Shown: positions 1-9,990, counted from the stretch's first letter. The stretch is 26,341 bases of DNA from Octopus sinensis (GCF_006345805.1 NW_021834770.1:1-26341), one strand, 5' to 3'. The notes: generated by a model from the sequence alone, not told the origin. A program made the numbers and translations.

Positions 1-420
1 ACATACATAAAACAGAATATCCGCATGTATACCACGGACATTATACGTGTACACACACATATGTACATACGTGCGCCCATCCTTACATACACATACGCAT
101 ATGCCCACGCTTCCAGGTTTAGATATAAGATATTAAAGGATGTATATAAGAACGTATGTAAAGAATCACGCACTCACGTCTACACGTGCACGCACACCAC
201 GGCTGTGTGTCCATATGTGCGTGCACATATACATCTTACATACACACACAGAGACATACGCGCATATGGGTATAGCTATAAGATATAAAAGATGTATACA
301 AATAGGTGTAAACATATGAATATAAGAAAACATGTAAAAAAGAAATACGGGGTTATGTACATCCAGACGTAGATGTTTACTCGTACATATGTACATATAT
401 GTATACGTATACATACGTAC
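1..420. repeat. Degenerate (CA/TA/CG)-rich low-complexity tract
   Basis: Alternating purine-pyrimidine runs (acatacacac, tatgtgcgtg); ORFs here are H/T/Y/I/M/C low-complexity artefacts. Confidence 0.8.
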
Positions 421-454
421 ACGGACGCTCGTATAATCATAAAGTGGATCTATA

Positions 455-745
455 GGTAAGTAAATAAGGGATAAGCAAAAAAAATAAACATAATAGAGAT
501 ATATAAAGCGATAAGTTAGGGTAAGAATGAGGGTAAGGGTAAAAAATTAGAAATAAAAGTAAGAAATACAGTATAAAATAAGAAATACAATGTAAAAGTT
601 AGAAATGAAATATAAAAATTATAAAAATTATAAGAGTTAAGATAAGGGATGAAAATAAAAATGAGAATAAATCGAAGTAGAATAAAGTAAAAATAAAAGT
701 AATAAAAGTAAAAATAAAACTAAATAAAATAAAATAAAATTTGGT
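455..745 (+). repeat. A-rich purine low-complexity tract
   Basis: Repeated AAAATAAAAGT / AAATAAAAT-like units. Confidence 0.75.
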
Positions 746-805
746 AAAGTTTAACATGAGATGAAGGTGGTTGAAAGTTAGAGGTGTGTGTTAAAGGTGC
801 CCACG

Positions 806-843
<38 letters not shown>
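806..843. repeat. (TA)n(GA)n compound microsatellite
   Basis: Seen directly; abuts the 5' end of the LINE fragment. Confidence 0.95.
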
Positions 844-1468
844 AACACTACTGTCACAAACTGGGACCTTGAAGACTGCTTAAATGCAAGAAAGTGCAGA
901 ACTTGAGGCAATCCAACGAAGCTACACGAAGAAGATAGCCTCTATGCAGCATATAAGCTATTGGGAAAGACTCAAGAGATTGAGACTCTATTCCTTAGAG
1001 CGTAAGCGAGAAAGATATGCCATAATATACATCTGGAAGATCCTAGAAGGACTTGTCCCAAACTTTGGCATCGAGAGTTACACAAATGCCAGAACCGGGC
1101 GCCACTGCGTGGTGCCAAGGACTCCAAATTTGCTATCAAGATGTAGGACAAGATACTGTGATAGCCAGGGCTTCCGAGGCCCACAGCTCTTCAATATCCT
1201 CCAGAAGAACCTAAGAGACCTGCATGGGATGGATGCAGATGTCTTTAAAATGAAACTGGATTTCTTCTTGTCAGGTATCCCAGATGAACCAACTTCACGG
1301 CAGGATGTGCAGATGAGGGCAGCTGCATCGAACTCTCTCATGCACCAAATGGCAATTGCTACAAAGTATTCGTGAGGTAAAATCATGTAGCAACTCCAAA
1401 TGGCGGTGCCCCAGCATGGCCAGAGCTAGTGAGCTGAAACTAGATAAATAAATAAAAAAAATAAATAA
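844..1468 (+). mobile_element. 5'-truncated CR1-group (CR1/L2/Crack-like) LINE: ORF2 C-terminus, 3' UTR and A-rich tail
   Basis: ORF 884-1375 has ELEAIQRSYTKKI...SYWERLKRLRLYSLERKRERYAIIYIWKILEG, the typical post-RT motif of CR1-group LINEs. It is followed by a short UTR (GGCGGTGCCCCAGCATGGCC) and a (TAAA)n/A-rich tail to about 1468. Confidence 0.85.
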
Positions 1469-1626
1469 TTCCTTAATATTTGATATTCAATATTTCATCT
1501 ATTCAATAAGACAATCAATACTTCATTTCCTTTTACTGTATATACTATTTATACTATATATTCTATATTCTACATTGATATTATAAAGAATAAAGAAAAC
1601 ATAAAAACAGAGTTGGAATTTCTTTG

Positions 1627-1659
<33 letters not shown>

Positions 1660-2974
1660 CTATATATATAGCGGTGTGTATGTATGTATGTAATGTGTGT
1701 ATGTATGTATACAGTATAGAAAGGCAATAGGGAACGTCGTTAATAGGAGAGGTTGGAAAGGTAATGGGAGAGGTAGGAATATTGTGTCTGAATAAATGAG
1801 GGGCAGTTAAGAGAAGTTAAATGTACTTCTGAACAAGACAAAAGAATGTTAAAATGTAAGACAAGAGGAAAAAGTAAAAAATTGAAAGAAATGAAAAAAT
1901 GTAAAAGGGTAAGATTTTGATAGACTACACAAAATTCAAAATCCCCAAACAGAAATAGTTTTTGAACCAGTGCAAACAATACCAAAAGTTTTCAAAGAAT
2001 TCTCATGGAATCTCGAAAAATTTTGAAGACTTCAGAGTCATGAAATTATTATGGTTTAAAGATTGATGGGTATATCAGTGTTGAGCTAAGAAGGGGTGAA
2101 TTACACCCGCAACTTCTGAAATGCTTTAACTGAGGAAGGTTAATACACGTTATCCCAGTCTACTCAGCTGGCTAAAATGAGTAAACTTGAGTGGGAGCGG
2201 CGTCACATTCTAATATATATATAGGAATATATTCCCTACAGAAGTGCCGAAGACTGCTCTGTGAGCCTTTGGATCGGGATGTATACTTCATTCTTTATAA
2301 ATCAATATATATATATATACACGAGCAAAACGCCCCCGTCCAATGGACCGTGCTGAATCATATCTGCTGAATAAAAAGCAATCAGTGTTTTCTTTTCCTT
2401 AAAAATAATTATGCATGCCTTTATTTCAATAAAATTTTGGGCTTTGTTAAACGAGGTTAAGGGAAAAAAACTTGAGAAACCAAATAGTCTTTCTTTCCTT
2501 CATACCAAGTTTGAAGAAAATATCTCTTTTGCATCTTACTACCCCTAAATTTCTCCCCGTGTTGCAAAATTTGAAGCCATTATTATCATTATGATTACTA
2601 TATATATATACATACACACATATATATATATATGTGTGTATATATATTTATACACACACACACACAACATGTGCACATATGTCAAGTTTCGAAAAATATA
2701 AGATAAACAATACCACTGTATTTTCGAAAATTTAATTTCTATAGCCGTTTCGATAGCACCGATAAAATTCCAAAACTTAGTATTGATAATTACATAGTAA
2801 TAGTTATGTCCGATTGTGAGTATCATCTCGTCATGATGTTGATTCCAAATATGATATCACAGTTACTGCTATATAAAGAATGAAGTAGAGGAGTATAGAA
2901 AGCATATAAAACACAGTTATGAAACCAAAACATAGTATGTTGATGTAAATTGTGCATAACGAGTAAGTTCAGTT

Positions 2975-3020
<46 letters not shown>

Positions 3021-3198
3021 CAGGGTGAATACTTGATAACTGTAAGCACCTGTATATGGTATACGGTATGGACGTTTTGTTTTGGTGTCTCGCAATGCCA
3101 TATACGCCTATGAGGATTTGCCTTCCCAATGAAAGTCGTTTTCTTCCCAAACTTTTTCTCAAAACTGCTATAACGTAGCACATGTCTTTGGTGTGGTA

Positions 3199-3297
3199 AT
3201 TGTACGCGGCTGAAGAAGGCTGTTGACCTACATGTTATATCAATTATGTATTGATATAAATAGTTCAATAAAGCCAGAAACATATGTAGCGCACAAT
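3199..3297 (+). ncRNA. Type I hammerhead-like motif with long AT-rich stem II (variant junctions)
   Basis: CUGAAGA 3210-3216; GGCU/AGCC stem II base; perfect 10-bp hairpin 3235-3244/3250-3259; GAAAC-AUAU-GUA 3277-3288; stem I AUUGUACGC/GCGCACAAU (8 of 9 pairs). Confidence 0.6.
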
Positions 3298-3521
3298 CCT
3301 AGATCGCTAGCCACTACACACATTTTTCTCTCCTTGTTTCTGTGTTCCTTTCTGTGGAAGAGCGTAGGCACGAAACGTTAAAGACTTTTTCAATTCCCGA
3401 GCGTTATACTAAAACATCTGTTTGTTTTCTATACCACCTGCTTTCGTCGTTTGTTTTTTGTGAATTCTCCCTAACGCATGTGTATAGAGCACTGGTCTTG
3501 TAAACCAGTATATATATATAT

Positions 3522-3917
3522 ATATATAAGAAAATAGTAAAGAGTGAAAAAACGACAGAAGGCTTAAATGTTAAAAAATATATATATTTGCGTCAAAATG
3601 TCTGGAGAATATTGGAAAAATTTTTTTCCTTTCCTTAAAATGACATAATTTTATAATTTTTAAAGAAATACCGGTTTCGCAGTTAGCTCTTCAAATTTCT
3701 TGTGACGTAATGTTTATTTTTGATAACGTAATCCTTGTATTTTTGCTAAGGAGAGTTCTAAATAAGGGAAAGTAGTGAGTGATTTCTTCCGGTGTAAGGG
3801 AGATAATCGCTTAAAAAAATTTTTTTCCTTTAGTGTGAATTTCTCTGTATTATTGAGTTCCGATAGTTGAGTCTGGGTTTGTACTTTTCAATGAAGAATG
3901 TTTCCTTATTTAGTCTA
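3522..3917 (-). repeat. Left (inverted) pseudo-LTR of the PLE
   Basis: Reverse complement of 7319-7714. Paired coordinates sum to 11236 throughout (no indels); 5 substitutions seen (3549/7687, 3590/7646, 3707/7529, 3722/7514, 3861/7375). Confidence 0.95.
3663..3701 (-). ncRNA. Minimal hammerhead-like motif in left pLTR (copy of 7535-7573)
   Basis: Exact reverse complement of the right-arm motif. Confidence 0.55.
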
Positions 3918-6900
3918 GGGAAAGTAAAAGCAATGAAGATGCAACCCGCTACACTGACCAGGTGAGTAAGGATCTACAACTGTTATATACAACACTAAAC
4001 TCAATTTTCATCAACAAATCCGAAAATAATATACAGGCACCTAATGAAACACAGCAGGACACCATACGGACCCAAACCAACCCAACAAAAAGAAAAATAG
4101 GAAACGTTTGGAATACAAACCTGCACAACAGAAAACTCACCTTCTGGAACATGATAAAAAATTCCAACAAAGCAGATATCTACGAGGGATGGATAAACTC
4201 AACACCAATTATCCTCCCACGCAAATTCCAGATAAAATTAATTCCTAACGAGCCTGACGGACAGAGATCTATTAGAGAAAAGTCAGCTCTGTTCAATTTT
4301 AAATCAGAAATAGAGCTTCTAAGACTCAGGGCCTCCACAAATGAAGAAAAACTTAAAAGCATAGACGAGGAGATGCACAATCTAATACTAAAACATACCG
4401 ATGGACCACCCCTCGATAATACATTGGATCATTGGAAGGATTCCTGTGAGAGAGAAGAGAGAAATTCCCTCCTACGCTGGGAGAAAAACATGGACTTCTT
4501 CCAAAAATATAGTGAAACCTTCAAAATGAATTGGGTACAAATAATCCCTTCCTTAAGAAAATTACAATAAATAAAAAGAAAAACTAACAACCCACGAACA
4601 ACCCCCAACTATCCTCCATACACTAAAAACAGAAATCACCCACAACCAACCTTTACAAACCACGCTAGACCTAACAGGGAACTAGCTGACAGAGGACGCG
4701 TCTATGAAAGAAATTACACCAAAAACAGAACAAACCAACAACATCCTAATACCAGACCCAACCACCATACACCACAATACGACACTAGGATAAGAAATAC
4801 ACCACACACACAAATCGCTACTACCCCATGAACCAAAACTACTGGTCCCCACTAAACACAAGACAAACGCAAAGAAACACTATGTCAAGCAACATCCCAC
4901 ATACAAGAAGTTCGAAACAAAAATATTTCCCATACAGAAATTTTACACACACCACAAGCAATAACAACCATAGATTCCCACACACACACAACGATCGGAG
5001 GCAACAATACCACCACTCCCCCGACCAAATACCACACAACCTCACAGACAACTCATACAAACAAAATTACACCCAACATTTTTTAGCCAGGGACCAGGGA
5101 CACCAGGACACAGGCTGGAACCTAGTAATAAGGAAAAACCGAAGATAATCAATCTTTCAACCAAACCTCTTTCTAACATAAAAATTGACATCCTCGCAAA
5201 AGGGCTCAAATTTACACCAACTCCACGCAGAGCAAACCTAAATGAACTCAAGGATAATATAACAGAATTTTGCAGAAAATTAAGACTAGCAGAAGCATCA
5301 AACAGTTTCAATACTGAAGATGAATCACTAGTCAAGAACAAAAATGAACACATCCCACACAGAGGAAGAAATAAAGATCTTGACGAATTCTGTAACCACA
5401 TTGAGAACTTCCCCTACCATACTATACATAAACAGAAAGCTAACCCAAATTTTAACACTACACAATGGAAAGAACTGATAGAACTTCAAAATGATGAAGA
5501 TATAACCATTAACGAAGCAGACAAGGGAAATGCAGTTGTAATAATGGATACATCATACTACAGAAATCTTGTAATTTCCTTGCTTGATGACGACCTACAT
5601 TATGAAAAAATTACCAACTACACCCCACAAAAAATAATGAAAACTCGATCTTCACTAATTAAAACCCATGAAAAGGAACTAACAACCAAAGAGATTGATT
5701 TCCTAACAAACTTCAAATGCAAACCTAGCCTTTTCTATGGTCTGCCAAAAATTCATAAAAGTCAAATTATAAATGAAACCATTAAAAAATCACCAAAGAC
5801 ATACACACACCCAACCCGGGGGACCTAAAACTACGACCCATTGTAGCTGGCCCAACCTGTGAAACACACAGACTAAGTCTGCTTATGGACATCCTCCTGA
5901 AACCCTTCCTTAAACATATCGATAGCCATATCAGAGATGACTTAGATATGTTAAACCACCTCCCCAAAAAAGCCAAGGAAGAAACAATCCTGGTTTCATT
6001 TGATGTAGTGAACTTGTATACCAGTATACCTCATAATTATGGACTGGAAGCAATTCAGTTCTGGTTAGACCAATTTCCGGAAGAAATACCAAAAAGGATC
6101 AGTAAAGAATTCATTACTAAATCAATGAATTCATCCTACACAATAACCACTTCATGTTTGACAATACATTTTACCGTCAAAAATCCGGAATTGCTATGGG
6201 TACAAGGGCAGCACCAGTCATTGCGAACTTAACAATGGGATACATGGAAATAACCATTTACCAGGAATCCTTATCAATCTTTGGAAACCCCCTCTCTCAA
6301 TACATAAAAGAGAACTGGAAACGATTCTTGGACGAGTGTTTTATTCTCTGGAATGAAAACACAGATAAACTCTTAAAATTTAAAAACCTATTGAACAGCA
6401 TAAACCCAAATATACAGTTCACAATGGAATACAACCAAAAGAACTCCCGTTCTTGGATATACTAATTAAAAAAATTAACCTTAAAATAGAAACAGACATT
6501 TTCTACAAACCACAGACGCCAAACAATACCTTCTTTTTAGTTCATGCCACCCAAGACACACTAAAACAAACATCCCCTTCAACCTTGCAAGAAGGATATG
6601 CACAATAGTGTCAGAACAAAATACCAGGAACTTCAGACTGCAAGAACTCAAAAACACCCTAATTGACAGACATTACCCAACTCAACTCATAGAGGATGGG
6701 ATCAGACGTGCAACAGAAATCAACATAGAAACTTTAAGAAAAGTTCAACACAACAACACACCTTCCCCGAAAATACTACCTTACATATCTACATACAACC
6801 CCAGAAACAAAGAAGCTTTCACCATCATCACCCAGAATTTACAATACTTCATAAAATCCCAAAATTAAAGGAAATTCTAAACATACACCAAATCATTAAA

Positions 6901-7406
6901 AGCTACAAACAGCCTAAATCACTTAAAAAGATTCTCACAAAGGCAAATTGTCTTCTAAAATTACGGATGCAAAAGTAAAAAAATGTGGTAGATCGAACTG
7001 TGCAACATGTCCTAACCTATTGGAAGGATCAGAATTCTTCTTTAAAGAGGGACAGAAATTCAAGATCAAATCTAACTTTACTTGTGCCTCTGAAAACATA
7101 ATTTATGTCATTAAATGCTCGGGCTGCCACCAAGACTACGTGGGGTCCACGGGACTATCACTCAGACGTAGATGCACACTGCATCGACAAAAGATTGCAT
7201 TCCCAGAATAAAGAATGATACCTTTTAGTGAACACATTGAGAAATGCGCAAAGCAACTACAACCACAATTTTTAATCTTTCCATTTTACCAATGTGCTTT
7301 CGGATCATCATCACAAATTAGACTAAATAAGGAAACATTCTTCATTGAAAAGTACAAACCCAGACTCAACTATCCGAACTCAATAATACAGAGAAATTCA
7401 CACTAA
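3918..7406 (+). pseudogene. Disrupted PLE polyprotein (N-terminal extension, RT, Cys linker, GIY-YIG endonuclease), about 1160 codons
   Basis: Motifs in order across frames: KIINLS..LS..KGLKFTPTP (from 5142), EADKGNAVVIM, FYGLPKIHK, LRPIVAGP, SFDVVNLYTSIPH, QKSGIAMGTRAAP.IANL.M, WKRFLDECF (6325-6336, second Asp as Glu), LPFLDI, SCHPRHTK.NIPFNLARRICTI, CGRSNCATC, IIYVIKCSGCHQDYVGSTG..LRRR..LH, E.FFIEKYKPRLN. Eight -1 frameshifts, in-frame TAA at 7209-7211, and a further break near 4568. Confidence 0.9.
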
Positions 7407-7714
7407 AGGAAAAAAATTTTTTTAAGCGATTATCTCCCTTACACCGGAAGAAATCACTCACTACTTTCCCTTATTTAGAACTCTCCTTAGCAAAAATACA
7501 AGGATTACGTTATTAAAAATAAACATTAAGTCACAAGAAATTTGAAGAGCTAACTGCGAAACCGGTATTTCTTTAAAAATTATAAAATTATGTCATTTTA
7601 AGGAAAGGAAAAAAATTTTTCCAATATTCTCCAGACATTTTGACGTAAATATATATATTTTTTAACATTTAAGCCTTCTGTCGTTTATTCACTCTTTACT
7701 ATTTTCTTATATAT
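7319..7714 (+). repeat. Right pseudo-LTR of the PLE (last ~28 codons plus 3' UTR)
   Basis: Matches the left arm at 391/396 positions; contains the ORF stop at 7404-7406. Confidence 0.95.
7535..7573 (+). ncRNA. Minimal type I hammerhead-like motif in right pLTR
   Basis: AAGAAA-U-UUGAAGA-GC-UAACU-GC-GAAAC-CG-GUA-UUUCUU. PLE pLTRs are known to carry minimal type I hammerheads; the core here deviates from CUGANGA. Confidence 0.55.
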
Positions 7715-7743
7715 TCACCCACGTGCTTTACCAAACAAACTTT

Positions 7744-7744
<1 letters not shown>

Positions 7745-7778
<34 letters not shown>

Positions 7779-7824
7779 TATATATATATATATAATATAT
7801 ATATATATATAGATAGATAGATAT

Positions 7825-7889
<65 letters not shown>
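7745..7889. repeat. (TA)n and (TAGA)n microsatellites
   Basis: Seen directly. Confidence 0.95.
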
Positions 7890-8169
7890 GAAGTACCAAT
7901 CAAGTACTTGGGTGGATGTAATCGACTCATCGACTACTCCAAATTTCTACCGGTGTTATATATATACGTATACATAAACATATATTATACCGTTGTATAT
8001 ATGTATGTTTATTAATATATGAATATGTATACCATTGTTTATATGTATACTGCATATATATATATACATATATATATATACACACACACACACATATACA
8101 TACCGGCTGATATTTGTTTACGTGTGTAATAAAATATTTTCGCGTATGTATGATTCTGTCTATCTATGT

Positions 8170-8342
8170 CAGTGGTTTGCAACCTTTTCACTGACAAGGA
8201 CCCCTTTTGTTTAAATTAGTTTTCCCACGGACCCTGGGATATTTTTATTCTTATATATGAAATTCTGAATTTAATTCAAGGACCCCCAGTACAACTTTTG
8301 CGGACCACCAGAGGACGGCGGGCCACAGGCTGGGAATCACTT
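8170..8342. mobile_element. hAT (Charlie-like) MITE
   Basis: Left end CAGTGGTTTGCAACCTT; right end CAGGCTGGGAATCACTT (11/17 inverted match); internal GGACCCC/GGACCAC motifs; 8-bp flanks ATCTATGT (8162-8169) and GTCTGTGT (8343-8350) match 6/8. Confidence 0.65.
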
Positions 8343-8365
8343 GTCTGTGTTAATACCTGTGTGTA

Positions 8366-8366
8366 T

Positions 8367-8450
<84 letters not shown>
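8366..8450. repeat. (CA)n(TA)n microsatellite
   Basis: Seen directly. Confidence 0.95.
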
Positions 8451-8452
<2 letters not shown>

Positions 8453-8861
8453 CATCAAACTTTAATATGTTTCTTTCAACCTAAAAATTGAAAATTATAA
8501 TTAATTCTTTAATACCCCTGTTTTAACAGGGTGAAATTTGGATGTCGGAAACCCCAAGATATTAATCTCGGTAACTTTGTATAAAATATTTCATAATTAA
8601 TGTGCCTAATTAAATATTTTATTTTAATTGTATAGATTAATTCTTGGTAGGGTACGGCATATAATTCACACCAAGACCATGCTACGCAATATAATTAATA
8701 ATTTTATGCATTAATGCTAATTAACAATACCTTAATGCTAATTATTGCCGTTTAGGGTGATATGCAGTATCTAATCACGCAACTTAAAAGATGAAGTTTT
8801 GTATGTTTCTTTAATAATCTATATATATACTTATATTTAATAGTGGTATATTGTAATATGT

Positions 8862-9131
8862 GAAGGAGCGTAGCCTAGTGGGTAGGGTATTGCACTCACT
8901 ATTGCTATTCCATGGGTTCGATCCCCGAGGCGGTGCATTGTGTTATAGAGCAAAGCACTTTATTTCACGTCGCTCCTGTCCACGCAGCGGAATAGCCTTA
9001 CGATGAGGGGGCGGGGATGTTGGCCTGCTCGATGACCTATTCGAGTGACGGCATTAGAAAGCTAAAATAATGCGAAGCGCATTGTGATCGGCGATGTGTA
9101 ACAGCATCTGATAGTTTGATCGATACCATGA
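8862..9131 (+). mobile_element. tRNA-derived SINE, diverged
   Basis: A box TAGCCTAGTGG (from 8871), B box GGTTCGATCC (8915-8924), non-tRNA body (TTGTGTTATAGAGCAAAGCACTTTATTTCACG...GCGCATTGTGATCGGCGATGTG). Confidence 0.75.
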
Positions 9132-9149
9132 CATTCATCTTATATTCAT

Positions 9150-9230
9150 TTACGTGACCGAATAGTTAGGATGTTGCTCTCACGATCGCAAGATCCCGGT
9201 TTCGGTTTCGTTGCGTTCAGCCCTGCGTGG
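9150..9230 (+). mobile_element. 5' fragment of a related SINE
   Basis: GTTAGGATGTTGCTCTCACGATCGCAAGATCCCGGTTTCG resembles the head of 8862-9131. Confidence 0.5.
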
Positions 9231-9297
9231 CCAATAAAGAAATCTATTTGTCTTGATATATAAAATTACCTGTTTCATTCCAGCGTCCGTTCTTGGT

Positions 9298-9990
9298 ATG
9301 TACTAATTAACTCTGCTAAGAAAGGTAGCAATTAATTCTGAAATACCTAGTAAATTAATTAACTATACTATCGAACGATGCATTCAATTTAGAACTATGC
9401 AATGTACTAAATTAATTTAGAACTAATAAATGTACCAATTACTTCAAAACTATAGAGTCTATTAACTAAGTTACAGCTACAGGGTGTACTAATTTATAGA
9501 ACTATATGTTTATTAATTATTTCAGGATTAGAAGTTTACTAATTTATATAGAACTGATAAATCTAAGAATTAATTCAGAATTATGCTGTGTCGAATTTTA
9601 TAAATCTACGATGTGTAATAATTAGTATAATTATAGAATATTCTAATTAAATCGAGTGTATTAATTAAAAGAATTGCGTTGAGTATTAATTAATTCATAA
9701 ATTTAAAGCGAACTAATAAATTCTATAATTATGAGTATACTAATTAGCAGATCTATGGAGTTTATTAATTAAAACAGAACTATGGAGTGTATTAATGAGC
9801 TCATTTCTAATTAGGGTGTGAATTAACTCAGAATTATGGAATGTTACAATTTACAGAATTATGGAGAATACTAATTATTTGAGAACTATGTAGTGTACTA
9901 CTAATTAATTCATAGTAATGAAGTATGCTAATTAGTTCAGAACTATGGATTGTACAAACCATATCAGAACTATAGAGTTGTAATTAACAG
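9298..9990. repeat. Degenerate ~25-27-bp minisatellite (consensus about TGTACTAATTAATTCAGAACTATGGAG), ~25 copies
   Basis: Recurrent TACTAATT and AGAACTAT/AGAATTAT at about 26-bp period; units parsed by eye. Confidence 0.8.

Larger units (their letters stand above)
3522..7714 (+). mobile_element. Penelope-like retroelement (RT + GIY-YIG, Neptune-like), 5'-truncated, with inverted pLTRs
   Basis: PLE RT and endonuclease motifs on + strand; 396-bp terminal inverted repeats that include the ORF 3' end; ends abut (TA)n. Confidence 0.92.

Noticed and set aside
25-414. ORFs rich in H/T/Y/I/C/V here and at 7745-7930, 11456-11693, 14832-16069, 18085-19727, 24309-24644, 25085-25371
   Set aside because: Translations of (CA)n/(TA)n/(TG)n microsatellites; no domain-like content.
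2130-2265. CTGAGGAAGG...CCGAAGACTG as a hammerhead
   Set aside because: No GAAA, and no convincing stems I or III.
3959-3967. Consensus splice donor CAG|GTGAGT near the PLE 5' junction
   Set aside because: The reading frame is open through it and no matching acceptor was identified; PLE introns exist but a single 9-mer is not evidence.
3949-5976. Minus-strand ORFs overlapping the PLE (3949-4170, 4180-4380, 4839-5060, 5042-5401, 5782-5976)
   Set aside because: Antisense shadows of an A-rich coding strand.
9298-9990. CRISPR-like periodic array
   Set aside because: Units are contiguous and diverged with no constant repeat/unique spacer alternation; eukaryotic context, no cas genes.
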